Source: Bugula neritina
Lineage: Eukaryota; Animalia; Bryozoa
Direction of reading: 5' to 3'
DNA: 64,000 nucleotides
Assembly (NCBI GenBank): GCA_964035545.1
Contig: OZ037767.1
Coordinates: 10,674,581 to 10,738,580, forward strand
In this document: in pieces, positions 1-20,300 of the stretch
Layout of the letters: each line of letters begins with the position of its first letter
Numbering within the stretch: the stretch's first letter is position 1
The notes under the pieces: model-generated
Told to the model about the DNA's origin: nothing
Databases searched by the model: none
What the model saw: the letters and a program-made list of their open reading frames with translations, nothing else
Translations under genes and position numbers: made by a program

Positions 1-1594
1 AATGCATTCTATAATGTCAATTATACTCTATTGATTATGATTTATTTCCTGACAAGTGAATAAGAATAAATGCCATTATAGTTTATATGCACACAAAAAG
101 TTGAATTTAGGAAAAATCATAACAGGAAAAGGTTTTTCTCACAGATTCTAGAGCTTAACGTTAAGCATGATTACACATTAAATACTGAATATTAAATATT
201 TGGTTTCTTTTGGATAATAAACAACAGGTACTATAAATGTAATAAATTAACTAACAGACTGTTTATACTTTATAAGCATATAACATTATGTTACATTAGG
301 TTGTAAGATCTCAAATATATTAGCTTATAGATATATAACAATAGTTTACCTTTTGCTCAGGACTTTGACTATAGTTGCATAGATAAGGTAAAACATGACC
401 AGCTGTAGCTAGTTAAAAAAGGTGTTGTTCAAAACCTAAAAATAACATGTCAAGCTATTTTAAGCACCTCCTTTAGGTGCTGTGGTTAGATAGCAGTCAA
501 TATGAAAACATTTCATTCAATAAAACCTATATTATGTTAAAGCAAAGTTTCATATATGACATCACAAAAAGTTTTACAGTTACATCCTTTATTTCTTCTC
601 AGAATTACCAGGCTTATTTATAGTGTTCAGCTTCCATTTAATAAATATTTCAATAAACAGCAGAAAATTACAGATGACACATTTTTAGGAATAAAATTTG
701 GATTACAAGCCATAAATTCTTGGCACTGTTGAGCTTCCCCTACTACCTGAAGCTAAATAATTCAGGAGATATGGCTGCGTCAACGTAATATTTCCAACAT
801 CACAACTGTAACAATTATAAAAAGTGCGGCAAGATTGCAAGTGATCTCAAATAGAGTCTAAACACCGGGTGATCAGTTTTGATGCATTATATATTTATCC
901 TTAAACGTCTGATGCAATGCCAAAATAACAAAATTTCAATGCCATTTCGTTTCGTCAATATGCAGTTAGAGTTTGACGTTGGGCTGTAACCAATCAAAAT
1001 TAAGCACATTGTTTTCTACAGTGACATGTACATTTTTCGATAATATTTACCAATTGGTAGTAACACTTTTCTCTTAGAACATAATATAAATGTTATTGAC
1101 TAGATAAAAGCAATTTAAAGAAGAAAAATCTGTTCTTACTATATATCCCTAATAAATTTGGGCAAACTAATTTGAAAAGAGTAAATATTTAAAACTGTCT
1201 GTTTATCTTTTAGGTTTATGGTTTTCAGGTTTTTATAACTATAAACGAAAGCTAGATTTTTAAGCTAGGTTTAGTTTAAACAAGCCTAATAAGTATTTGT
1301 TAATCTTTTGAAGCTATGGAATTTCATAAACCAACAACGGCAACTAAAATAAACTAGCAGAAAAAATATTTAAGTTTTAGGACGATATCAATTGATTGGA
1401 TCTAAATTTCCAATAAGGTGAGATAGATTTTACCCAATAGCAAACTTTGAGCACATTTCTCTATCCAATAGCAACACTACTACATTTTTTGAATCAAGTA
1501 GTGCTTGATCCTGGATAAAATGTCTAACGTATGAATATTCAGCCTGAATGTTTTCAAACATGGCTGACATATCTGACGTTCGGTCATATTGTGT

Positions 1595-1645
1595 CGGGCT
1601 TTAATAGCTAGCTAGGCCTTGGGTTCGAATCCCAGAGAGGGGAAT
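1595..1645 (+). mobile_element. Degenerate tRNA/SINE head
   Basis: B-box GGGTTCGAATCCC at about 1620-1633; no complete cloverleaf visible. Confidence 0.35.
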
Positions 1646-4600
1646 ATTTTACATCGTGCTGTTGAATGTTGCAGTTAGTTTACTTGGGCAATGAATTTTA
1701 GTGACTCTCTACGAGAATAAAATAAACTATTGATGTATAGGCCAGATCAGAAGAAGAACGTAGCCTGTGTACCATTGTATTTTATATTGCAGTTGGTATA
1801 TTGCAAGCACTTGACAATTTTTAAAACAATTGATTTATTTTGTTCACCAAACATCCTACCATCAGACGAGAAATGTCATACAAGGTCAAAAGGCTGTAAT
1901 AGCTATTTAATTCATAGCAAGTTGATTCTTAAGACTTTTAGGTAGCGACTTGCTTTGGAAATATTTTATTAAAGTTTCTTGTAGATACATGTAGATAGGA
2001 TTTATTCCATGATTCAGATAAATTCTGCTAAAATTAGCTGTGGAAGCTTTTACGTTTCCTTTTTTCTATCTAAAAACCAAATAAACCAAGAAACCGGCGA
2101 ACAGAGTTTATTGCCTCATATAGTATATATAGTTGAAACAAAGTTCATTATTAGTAAAAGAATAGCATTGAAATCATTATGCATATCCTGAATGAAAATT
2201 TAAGCATTCAGAACAGCAAAAACCGCAAATTTATTACAAGTCATTTTGTCATAAGCTTTGGCCTAACCACATGTGACAATTACTAGCGTTCACTAATGCA
2301 TCTTTTGCAGCACCATCTTTACTCAATAGTAATAGTCTAATGGTAAAACTACTATTGCCTTATAGCATATAATCTGGTATTAGTGCTTAAGAGCAATGAT
2401 TCAACTTTTCTTCCAAATTATTGTATTCTTTAATAAACCATGAGACAATACATCAGCCAGTGTGACCACCCAGTACATGGCTGTTATCTATGCAGCTCCT
2501 TTTCATGAATGTTTGGCAATTATAACAAGAAACACTATTCTTTTTTCTCAGCATCATAAATTTTACACAAAATGGTAATAATTCAGCAAATAGCACAGAG
2601 AACTATATTTAGGATAGATGCCAACACGGTTGATGTAGAATATTCTAAACAAATCTACCCGTTCCACCTTCATTAGCATTTTTATGGTCTTTGAAGGCTT
2701 ATAGTATAAGTGTTTGGAATAATTATTCTAAAAATTGTAAAATAGACTTCACCTGATAAATATAGATATTATACCAAACTAGCATGTATACTCAATGAAC
2801 ACACATATCTTTAGTTTTAAAACATACTATAAAAGAGTTTAAAGAGAAATCAATATAAGATAGTCATTTGTTTTTACAATAGTCTTTGTGTAGATATCTT
2901 TTAATCAATATATATTGCTAAAGGTAATGTCTTCAAAAATGTTGTTGGCGAAAAAAAATCTCAATTGTTTTGTCTAAAAGAGGTGCTAACTTGTCTTAAG
3001 AGAACGCTGCCTAGCTGAAGGAACTTAGAGATGCTGTACCAGTTAAAGAGTTTTTGCAGCACAGGAAATAATGAAGCGTTGTGTACCATATGGGAAACTT
3101 GCTAGAATATTTTACATAAAGTATCTCTTTTGAAAGCACACTGAAGGTAGCTCCACAAATTGGAACTTGTGGAGAAAACAAGGAGCTGACTTATTCACTT
3201 ATTCACGAGATTTTATAAAATTATTTTAACAAATGTGACAAGAAAGTACCCATTTTAAAGCGAGTGCATCTGCCTGTTGTGATTGCTGTAGCTTATCTCT
3301 ATGCATAAGAACCTCATTTTAACAAAGCATGAATCACAAATTGCCAGCACTTGGTAGCAATAATATGAATAAACAGCAAAATACAACACAGCAAATTATA
3401 ATACTGCTTAAAAATGAAGCTTGTATGATGAAAGATTTGAAGCTACACTTTTTACATATGCATGATTTAACAAAACACTATTTTAGAAAAAATATTACTG
3501 TAAAGTGAAATTTTGTTATACAATAACTCAATATTGTAAAAAGTGTTCACTCAACCAATAGGTTTTATTTGTAAAGATTGCACTGCTTGTGTATGCGTAA
3601 TGACAATAACAATGGAACAGACTAAATCACTAGACCGAAACATCTGTATACGAAGAAAAGATGGTCCCTCATTATGCAAGCATAGCTTTGCGCATTATGT
3701 ATGACGTTTTGTCACGTCACCAACAGGGCACTTTAGTGACGTTTTTAGAAGTTTCCAGGCCTTGCACCACTTATAAATTTTATTGCAAGTAACATGCATT
3801 GCATTAACATGTCTTAATTCAACCAGAATCACAAAAACATAAATAAATAAGTAAAAACCGTAAGTGACCTAAAGCTTAAAAAGAAATAAGTTGACAGTAG
3901 GCTGGTATAAACTACAAACTAAAATTTGAAATACGATGCAATTTAGTAGACCAAACTATTATTATAGGAAGCTGAATACTATATAGCCTAAATTGCTGCA
4001 TTATAGAATTATTAAAGAGCACGGAGCCAGAAAATCTATAATACACAATTCATTTTAGCATAGCTTACTAGAAATTACCGTCTAACAACTTTAGATTTCG
4101 AATTGTTTGAGAAATTATTAATTGAAATTTTTAATTTGAAATACAAGTGCTTTTCACTTTAAAATTAAAGTACTTCCAAGTCTTTGCCAGTTTATGGCAT
4201 AAAGAGTTACAAATAAAGAACTGATGAAATAAACAAATAAACTAATTTTATTTTCAGCTGCTTTCAGCAGCTAATGAACTATTTGAATTAAAGCAGCTGT
4301 CCTTTTCAACCAATCACAAGCTCACATGGCTGCTAATAATCAAATCATTTTGCACCATACCAAACAGAGTCTTTTCCTTTCAGTCTTTTGTGTTTACAAA
4401 GAAACTTAAACTACGAAAACATATTACATAACATAAAGTTTTTAATGCAAGCTGATTAGTTTGGTTTTACTTGAGAAGTTTATATGCAGTGCTTGGTGAG
4501 AATTTCAATATCCGACATGGGAGCGCTAAAAGCTGTGGTAGCCGACACTTGGCTTTGTGCAGCTATTTTACCGCGATATGTCAAGGTGGTCATCAAAGAG

Positions 4601-4947
4601 TAGTAAATACTCCTTTTATACTTTATGTATTAAGCATCAAGCGAAGTAAGCGCCATTGCCCAGCCCTTCATCATATCTGGAAGCCTAGATGTCTCTCATG
4701 GTAGTATATCTATACTATGTGTACCTCTTATAGTTAAAGCAATAGTGGTAAAGTGAGTTCAACTCGCAAAAGGTTCAACAAGTGTGAGGAAAATAACCAA
4801 ATGTCTAGAACAAGATATAGACTAAAAGTTTTAACTTGAGGTGAGAGCCAATGCTCAATTCACCATTGTGGCTAGTTGTCCTAAATCTGTCATAGCCAGT
4901 GTATTATTGGACATAATATCTTGATTAGCAATGGCATAAGGGGGGTA

Positions 4948-5084
4948 GGTGCAGTAAAGAAAAAATTGAGAAAAGCCTGTGTTTCTGATGGAAAATGCAT
5001 CAAAGGAAATTATGTTCAAGAATTTTAAACCAAAATCTATGAAGAAAGTTAAAGAATTTAAGATATTAAAATTTCTCCACTGCT
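4948..5084. mobile_element. Same TA-flanked MITE family
   Basis: ta-GGTGCAGTAAAGAAAAAATTGAGAAAAGCCTGTG...AATTTCTCCACTGCT. Confidence 0.7.
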
Positions 5085-6208
5085 ATAACCTTTAACTATA
5101 TGTATGGCCAGCTTAAAGTTATTAAGAAGTAGGAATACAAAAAAGTAAACCATTTTATTATAATATTAAAATGCAGGGGCTGTTTGAAAATTCTTTTCTG
5201 TTGCTCTTAACTGCTCTGAACTTTTAGTAGAATCACCCATTCATTAGCTAATATAGTGAAGAAACCCAAATCTTTTGTCAACTTTCTTCAATATTGAATA
5301 GTATCTGCCAGCTTCAACAACTTTCAACTTGAGCAATCATACACTACACTTTAAAAAAGTAATACTCAATTGCATGTCTTAACATATTCTTTAAATCGGA
5401 TAAAATAATTTTCTATATTCTTTATATCTCTATTTATATTTTAATGTTTTTAAAAGTTTTCATGCTAATGGCAGTCAAACTTACTACTTTTTAGAATAAT
5501 GCCACTTTTAAATGACTAGTTTTTTATCAGGAATCTTCAACTCATAAATATAACTTAGACAATTATTCACTAAATTACAACTGGCTTTGAAATGTACTGA
5601 AAAAAGTATCTTGAAAAAGCTGCTGTAATATTTTGTCAATATAACTTAAAGTTTGCTAAATTTATTAAGTTCCTTTTCTCAAATGGTATTAAAATTAATA
5701 AGACAAATTAATTAAAAATCAAAAACTGCAGTTGAATATTGGAGAAATTATTCAAGTTCAGATATATTATTGATATTCTCAAAGTTTTTATAATGAATGT
5801 TTATAGACTCCTTAAAAACTATTTTAGCTGACTGTATAGTCATTTAAATTAGCCATTCATTTGGTGATCATTTTTATTTAGTGATTCAGACTAAGTTGAA
5901 TGGCTAACTCTTTTTCTAGAAAATTACGTAGTTGTAGCAATTTTAAAAGATACATAACCTATGAAATACTTGACCAAATCTTAGATATAAAAGTTTAAGT
6001 AGCAAAGTAAAAGTATAGAAACCATCTCTGCACCAAATTGTTGCAGTAATGCAATAATTACTACACGCTAATATTAAAGTTTTGTTGATGTCAGAGTCTG
6101 TCAAATTTTGCTTAACAAGTCATGACTCAACTGATTTCAAATGCGCTGCAACACTACGACACATCTCTCTGGAACTATCGCTTGGAAAATATTACTTTTA
6201 CAAATAGA

Positions 6209-6310
6209 CCAATCAGCAGTCACCTCAGACAACAGACATTAATAATTGGATATTAATTGCTCTCTTTCGGGAAGTTTAATGCTATTATAACTTTTTTCTC
6301 CCATATATAA
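6209..6310 (+). promoter_or_regulatory. CCAAT box (6209) and TATA box (TATATAA, 6304-6310) upstream of the candidate small gene
   Basis: gaCCAATcag about 95 bp upstream of TATATAAgg, which lies about 85 bp before the ATG at 6395. Confidence 0.45.
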
Positions 6311-6394
6311 GGAGCCAAAATTGTAAAATATTCATCATACAGCGACTGCTAGGTCTAGAAGTTAGTTAAACACACATCAACTTGAAAAATTACC

Positions 6395-7416
6395 ATGGGA
6401 TACCTTGCTAGTGGGTTTGAATTGATTGCTATTTTTGATGAAGATCAACAAAATTCTTTCTATGGAACCAAAACTGATAAAGAAAGGTATGAATGTTAAA
6501 GTTTACATTTAATTATATTTTAGATACTTGATTTTGCTGCTAAGTTTCCTTCAACTCATTATATATATAAGCATACATTTCAATTCCGATTAGGAAACAG
6601 AATAATGTTTAGTAGCCTAAGTACACAGATTATATAATAGATTATATAACAGATAAAACAAATCCAATAGAATTCTTCAACTGTGTACATTAGCTATTAA
6701 CTATGACTATGTCACTACTTAGTTTCTGCTCAAACTCTACATTATAGTAATATAAAACAGCTCTTGGTATATTTATTTTCCATAAAAATTTGAAAAATAG
6801 TAACATAATAATAATATTAACAATGAAAATATCATAATTCTAATATTAATATTTAATGTTATTCATAATAATTTAATGGAAATTAAGTAAAATTCGTATA
6901 CTAAAATATTTTAACTAGGGAATTGTATAACTATATTTCAGGGCCAACTTTGAAAGAGAAGAGAATGCGGAACAGATGGCTGATTCAGCTGCCGATTACA
7001 AGGAGTCAGCTGACTGCCTGAGTTCAAATTTATCAGATGAACTCTTCATCAATCTAGATTTCACTCACCTTCTCAATGTAAGAGAAATTTTATTCTAATT
7101 TCTGTTAGCGCATGAATTTGGAAAATAATAATTACCATAGCTAATGTATTAACAGGTTTTTTGATTGTCTTTCTGCTAGCAAATGTAGCTATTATTTGCA
7201 AATTCCAATGACTAAAATAAACCATATCACAGGTATCTAGAGCTTATGTATGCAAGAGATACCAACATTGAATTATTTAGGTAGTTTCTGCAAATCTAAA
7301 ATGTTTATTGATAATGATTGCAGCAAGTTTGCATTTATACACAATCAATATTAAAAGTGTAAATTATATATAATATTTTTTCTCTATATGTTTTGTCCTG
7401 TTCCAATAGCCAGTGT

Positions 7417-7495
<79 letters not shown>

Positions 7496-7606
7496 CATAG
7501 CTATAACAATTTGTAACATATCTTTGTACATTTAAATACAATATTCTGCTTTACCGCATCCTTTTAGTAAATAATACAATAATAATATTTTTGTTTTTAG
7601 GCGTAA
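6395..7606 (+). CDS. Candidate small orphan gene, 3 exons (6395-6486, 6942-7077, 7601-7606), about 77-aa acidic protein
   Basis: accATGg start; AAAG|gtatga (phase 2) joins tttcag|G; open frame MGYLASGFELIAIFDEDQQNSFYGTKTDKERANFEREENAEQMADSAADYKESADCLSSNLSDELFINLDFTHLLN; AAT|gtaaga and tttttag|GCGTAA. No homology recognised; last exon uncertain. Confidence 0.5.
7421..7491. repeat. (TA)n microsatellite
   Basis: Perfect TA run. Confidence 0.98.
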
Positions 7607-10600
7607 AACCACCAGTTTCAGATGTTTATGAATTCACAGACCTCTAATCCTTAAACCTTCCGTAAATTTGCAGCTATAAATAGAAAATCTGAACTCTATT
7701 TACTAGAGTACATCAGCTTACTCATATTGTTTCTTATGTGCAAAACAATACTGATTCTAGTCATTATAATTAGTTAAAATATGTTTTCAATCCCATTCGT
7801 ATCATAGGTGAATTTTAGACATGGGTAGGTAAATGCAAAGTTCTACCTATCCATGTACATCTACCTCAGTTACTATACGTTGACTTTGTTTTACCTAAAC
7901 TCCATACATTGTATTATTCTATTTTATAAAATCTCATTGTTTCACTAATTAGCAATTTCAAATTTCTTTAAACAATACGATAGTATTATACATATTCATA
8001 AGCCTAGCAATATTATATTACTTAATGAGTAAATTGTATAAAACGATATTTATGCATCAACTGATTTTAACAATAGAAGTGTTATTTTGAAACAGTTTTT
8101 TCAAAATAAAACATGTCTAAATGTCAAAAATATGTTTCTTTGTTTATACACATTCATAATAGAATCGCAAAACTCGCAACTCTTCTATCTATTTCTTAAT
8201 ATATTACAGACAGCCTGTCGAACTATGCAATTATACTATGCTATGCTACAAAACACAATTTTTGATATAATATTTTAAAAACAGATCTTCTATTTTTAAA
8301 GAGTTTTCTAATTCATCGTTCTTTCAGTAGAGATCCAATAAAAAGTTGCATGCAAGCAATTATTCTATTTCTGCTATTTAAGCTAAATTGATAATAAGGT
8401 GTCAGCACTTGAAAGCATTATTAGTGGTTAAATAATACCTTTTGTCTGCAGAACATACGTAAATCTGAAGCTTTTTCACTATGCAAATTGTAAGCTTGTT
8501 CTCTGGAAGGCTGAAGATTTTTAATTTATATTTTCAGTTTGAACAAGCTGTAACATTTGCCTTTAAATGATAAAATCCGAGTCATGTTTTCATTATATAC
8601 ATGTAACTTTTTATAGTTTTTAAACCAATTATCCGGTTGGTTGTTTTAAATTTGTTCAATTAAACTTTTATTGTAAAATGGCAATTAATAGATGTTATAA
8701 TTAGGAAAAAGCTTGATTCACAAATTCTGCTCAAAGTGGACAACTATACAAAACTTTTGATAATAAATGCAGAATGTTTAAGATTAGACTAATTCTTTAG
8801 GTATGCAACAACCTTCCAAAAACAATTTTCAAGCTCTAGAATTAATAATCCATTTACCAGTATTTGTCAGACATTACATCACTTCATTTGTTATTATTAA
8901 TTTATACAAAGTACAAAGTATAATATCCCATAACCAAATCAGCACATTATGATGCACTATCAACACATTATACGTGTTCAGTTGAACTATTACAATGTTT
9001 ACTGACTCTCTTGCAATTTATTACGTGTTAAGCATCACAGCAATTGTATACGTGCCATAGCCAACAATTTGTTAGTTAATTATTGTTGCAACTTTGTGTT
9101 AGATGGTGAAGCTAAGCAAGCTAGTGGAGTGCTTAGCCCTTGAGACTGGTGCACCCTCATACCTTTCAAGTTTTGAGTGAAGAACTCCTTCTAACTTTGC
9201 AACATCTTTTTATCTCATGAGCTTTTACACTGAAGAATGATTATTTTGGTGTCAATATAAATCCTAGATTCATTACAGGTACTAATCATTTAATTATTAT
9301 CAAACAGAATTTTTTTTTAAGAAAAGGCAAAATTATATGCTTTATTTAATTGACAAAGCTTGAGAAGATCTTCAAATTATAAATAAATAATATTTGTATT
9401 ATTATTCCCATAGTGTAATTATAGTGTTGTTATCAGCGTTTCTATATTTGAACAGCAAATAAAAACTGCTTGCAGTGCTTATTTGCTTGCTTGCAGTGCT
9501 TACTTCTTAGCAGACAACAAAATTAGCCAACTTTTAACTCTAATACTAACAATTTTAGTGTATTAATTTCATGAAGATGCCGGTGAAAGCATAGAAATGC
9601 AACAAAAAGCATAAGCAAAATTTAAAAAATGATAGTTCAATTATTAGTATTGAGAGTTATCTTCTATTAAAAAGAGAGCTTACTTGTGATTTATAATGAC
9701 GACAGTTTTCAGTATCAACTCAACATTGATGTAACTTGTGAAACATCCACAGTAGTTAGGTGGTCAATGTTAACTTCTCTATATCTTTAAATTAGTAGTT
9801 GTCCTCTCCTAAAATGATTCATCCAAGTATTGCTAAAATTTCACTTTTAATAGCTGATAGCTTACTGAATTTTTTGCTTAAGCACATCACAAACATGTCA
9901 ATTTTACTTTTTTCTGTTATATATGATGCAAACTTTCTTAAAACAAAAAACACAAACTTATTTCATTTATTATGGAGCTTTTATGGTTTAGTCTAATATT
10001 AAAAGAACCTGAATTATAAACTTTTCAAGATATAATCAGACATAACACAACATAACCTGACAAGCAAAAATGTATTTGATAATTGCTCAAGATTACTTTG
10101 ATGGTCACAGTGAATGCAGAAATTAAAAGTTCAATAAATTCAATGTAATTTAAATTACCGTGGCACTTCTAATTTAAAACTTATAGTCAACTTGCATGAA
10201 AAAACAGCTATATTAAACTTATAAAACCCACAGAAGATGTTTGAACAAAATAATACTTTCATTTTAAGTATGCTGTACCGAATTGAGGTCCTCTGAAAAC
10301 GTTATAGGGGAATTATTTTTGGCACAATACTATTAGTATTAGTAACTTGACTCAGACCTATTACTACACAAATAATTGTAATCTCAAAGCGAATAAACGT
10401 ACTAAAAAGAGCACGAGTCACGGTATTATTCTTATTATAATTATGTACCTCAATAATATTATTATGCAGGTAAGAGAAATTAGTAGTTGTCTTCTTTCTT
10501 GAACAAGCAATCGTATAAATAAATTGCGGCGACGGTTTGAAAGTTCTGAAAACCGATTAATGCTTTGATTGCATCGAAAGGCGCCATTGATCGAATGACA

Positions 10601-10673
10601 TAGAGGTAACTTCTTTCCCAAAGTGAGTGAAGACTAGTAGTAGTAGTTTAGTATCAATGGTTACAACTGAAAT

Positions 10674-16255
<5,582 letters not shown>

Positions 16256-17367
16256 TCTGTCTGTCTACTGGGCAATAAACTCGTCCTATGCTTGTAATAA
16301 TGGTCAACATGGGAGATTAGTTATTATGAAGCGTGATTGTAATTAATGTCTGTATATATCATGTGTGAAGGGAATTCTTACATTATTTCTCAAGATGTGC
16401 TCAAATAACCATGCTTGGATCATAAGGTTTATGCATTACAATCTATATAATTGAACTGTTATTTTATTTTCAAATTAGTTCTATAGCCCTATTGGTCAAC
16501 TCTACAAGTGTATATATATATATATTATATACTGTTTAGGCTGTCCACTCTACAAGTGTATATACATATATACTATTTAGGCTGTCGACTTTATTTGCTG
16601 TCAACCTTATCATGATTAGAGCACAAGATTATCTCTGCATATATTTTTCAACTTTTGTGTGCGATAACTTTAGAATATCCCATATCCCAACATATAAATT
16701 GTTAAATTATTTTCTGTTGAAACTTTTTTTATTTATTCATCCTTAGCTGCAAATTACAAGCCTGTGTTTGCATAAGTTGAGCCTCCTTTCTTGTGCATTA
16801 TTTCATTGTATTATTACAGTAATATAATAATATAAATACATTTGAATAAAACTTACAAAAGATAAGTAACTGCAAGCAATCTTATGGCCTTGGAAGCTAT
16901 GATAATTGGAAAAAATAATACAATTTTACTATGGTATTTTATAATAGTTTGATGAAAATAAAATTGATATGAAATAGTTAAGTAGCAAAGAATAGAAAGA
17001 TAAGTTCACCTAATCTAATATGCAACACACAGCGGAGACACTGTAGAGTGTAGACAATCGACTAGCGATGTGTCTCAGAAGGGGGAGATAAAGCCTAACA
17101 GAAATGACTAGAGATATAATCACAATGTTTAACAGTACACAGCCTGTCTTGAATCAAACATGCAATACAATAAGTAGAGTCAATAAACACTAGTGCGTAA
17201 TCAAATAATATCTTGAGGCGTGAAATTGAATTTAAGCCAGTATATAATCATAAAAAAAGAAAATGGCATAAACATTTAAGTAGTGCTTTGACAATTATTT
17301 GTCAATAATTGACATTATTTGAAATAATATACATAAATATGGAATCAAAAGAAGGAGGGTTCATGAA

Positions 17368-20300
17368 TCATGGAGAAACACATTTACTATCTTTGTTGAA
17401 AGATAGGCAGGTCAGTTTTTCAGGTTTTGTCATACTTCTTATGGATCTTTCCAGGGTTTCTAAATAAAAACAATACATAATATGAAGTGCAGGACACCAT
17501 GTGAATGTCAACTTACTGCAGGTATAATTATACCACTACATTGTAAACATTGTCATTTTGTGTGAATCTTACAGTGTAGCCATTAGAGAATGAAGAAACG
17601 CCTTCGATGAAGACTATAGAAACACAAAAAATTTAATTTGGAAAAAGTATCCTAGTAAAAAGCATTAAGTTTGTTAGTTTCCATAAGAGAGCAGATAGCA
17701 ACTGTCTCAATAGAGGTTCACCGGTTGGGACAGCTTCATTCAATATAATTTCATACTGAAAAGAGAATAGTAGTAGTAGCATGCGCCCAAGGTGATATTA
17801 ACATGCTATGCCTATTGTGAGAACAGTAGGTGTCTGATTTAGCTTGGTTAGTTCCATACTTACCAATTGCATGCGCTTCATCTGAGAAGATACAATATCA
17901 ATCTTAACAAGAAAACTGAGTACTGATTAGCAGTTGTGTATGCATAGAATATATGTATGTATTAACCAAATATGGGGTGCAATGAGTTGAAATCTCCTCG
18001 TATTACAACACGCAATTTGCAAAATTCCAGTCACAATTCCAATTCAAAAAAATTCAAAAAGTGCATTACGGGGGATTGACAAATGTTAGTTATTATGGAA
18101 GACATTTTTAAAACTGCAAGCAATAGAGGAGCTGCACAATATAACAGTAGACCAAACAATTATAACAAAGAAAATACACAAAGCACAACCAATAGTACTA
18201 ACAATCATTTCCTACCTCTGCTGTTATGAGAAGATTCATTAAGAGTTGGTGAAGGAGAGAATGTCAGCCCATCGACAGCATCACCAGCGGCAGCGAGGTA
18301 CACACCTGGACTGGGTATTGGTGAACTTTGCAGACGCACCTTGACAATCTCAGTACATGTTTCTATGAATGCATCTATTAGTCTGGCCTGTAATACCAAA
18401 ATTGTAATACAAGTAGCTTCAAATATGAGGTGACTGAGTGAAATAGCTTGTGGTTGTCGAACTTGGAGTTGGGGGACTTAACTTTAAACTTGATAACCCA
18501 AACTACTGCACTCAGTCAACTCTAACTTGGAGCTGCTTATAGAACAATACGTAACATACCAGGTAATACAAAGTAGCACAAGAACCATGTGCTGCCCACA
18601 TGCAAACTGCGGTACGTGATTTAACATACCGACTTGGTGTAGACCCTTAGGACTTGACTGCTTATGCCCTTTTCCTGGTCGCTAGAACTCGCGGCAAACT
18701 GCAGGAGCAATGAGGGCAGGCTTTCCACCTTGTCTTTCCTGAAACTCTTTGGTTTCTGAGATTCACTACCACTTTCCTTGTCTATAACACGAAACAAACC
18801 CTGGTATATGATTGGCGCAGGCACGTACATGGGTCGAAGTTATCATAAAACAGCTGATTGGCTGAAAATTCCAACATGGCAGGTAACTTGCACACCTACC
18901 TTCGCCAGAAATGCACTCCCACGTTAAATCTTCATATTGTATCCCAAACACCGGCTCCTAAAACCAGCACACCAACACTACATGTGATGAATATAAAATT
19001 GACTCTTTGAGGTCAAGGCCGTGCATAAATAGGAAGTAGATAGAGAATGCATCACATATAAGCTTACTTGCTTCTCAGTGGATATCACGAAAATGCCATC
19101 TGTATTTGCACCAATGGAAACAGCCAGCCACGAACTGTGCAAGAAACTTTTGCTGCTTCGTTCAATAAAACCATCGAAAAATACAGACCTAAAGTGGCAG
19201 AAAAGTAAATTATTCAGGAATAATTGTAATAAGTTAAAGGTTTAAAATCGATTGGCGACATAGATAGTTGAATTGTTTGAAATAATCACTGTGTTTCCAT
19301 TGTTTCGAATGAATCTGTATGGATGCTCCTACGAATGACCTTGTGGTTGCAGTTGGCATTAACTTATGGCTGTGGTTACATTGATACAACTGCTTTCAAA
19401 CATCTAACAGAAAATACATTGCAAAGAATAATTCGAAGCAATGGAAATATAGCGATTAGCAGATATAAGCATATATTTGCTAGTTTGAGTGGAGACTACT
19501 TGCTACTAATTACTAAACAGTGGTTTAGGTAATATTCTAGTTTTAGTGAAACAAATGATATAAAAGCAGTGCATGGTCAGAATCAGCAGTACAAAATATG
19601 CACACAGCACACTAAATGGCCAGTTCCCAATTAGCCTCAAAACCTAAACAGCCTAAAACCATTAACCTGGGATATTTTGATAAAACTTGCAAAACCAAAG
19701 ATTTACAAGCTAAGAACTGATAAACTCCTATGGTTTTATTTCCATGCAGTTGTCCTAAACTGTGTTTTCCAGCTGATTGGAAAGCATAAGTTATAAAACT
19801 TTTTGGTTAAAGCAAAAGCCTCGAGTTGATTGGGAACTGGCCACAAATCCAACAATGGATTTGATGATTTAACTACAAGTGTGGTTACACAGATCAGAGA
19901 AATCAAGAAAATTATAGTAAGTTGAAGGTAGAAGTTATACATTAAACAGGTCAAGAAGGATAAAAGTCACACTGACCCATAAAATGGAAGTGATTCTGAA
20001 CACTCAGAAATATAAGTTAGTCTCAGATCTACTGCAGGAGGATTATTCAGCAGGCTGTGGGTTCTGGCAACATGTGATTGGCTAACAAGTGGAATTAGCG
20101 ATTTCAAATCATTCAAGTGCAACACAGGTAATAAGGCGGCTTGATTAGCTCTGAAAGATAGTAAAGTGTGCAGGTAAGCTAGGACAAAATGTCCGTAGAG
20201 AAATAGCTAACTGGAATATCAAAGTGAGTGTTGTTTGATAGAACAAATAGTTTTTATGTAGCTGCTGTATTGAATTTATGTATTTTTGAATAAATTTGAT

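Noticed and set aside
1-6200. Short ORFs at 1730, 2009 and 4471
   Set aside because: No recognisable motifs or consistent exon chain; treated as intergenic.
6301-6312. CCATATATAAGG as a CArG box
   Set aside because: Eight A/T bases between CC and GG rather than six; better read as a TATA box.
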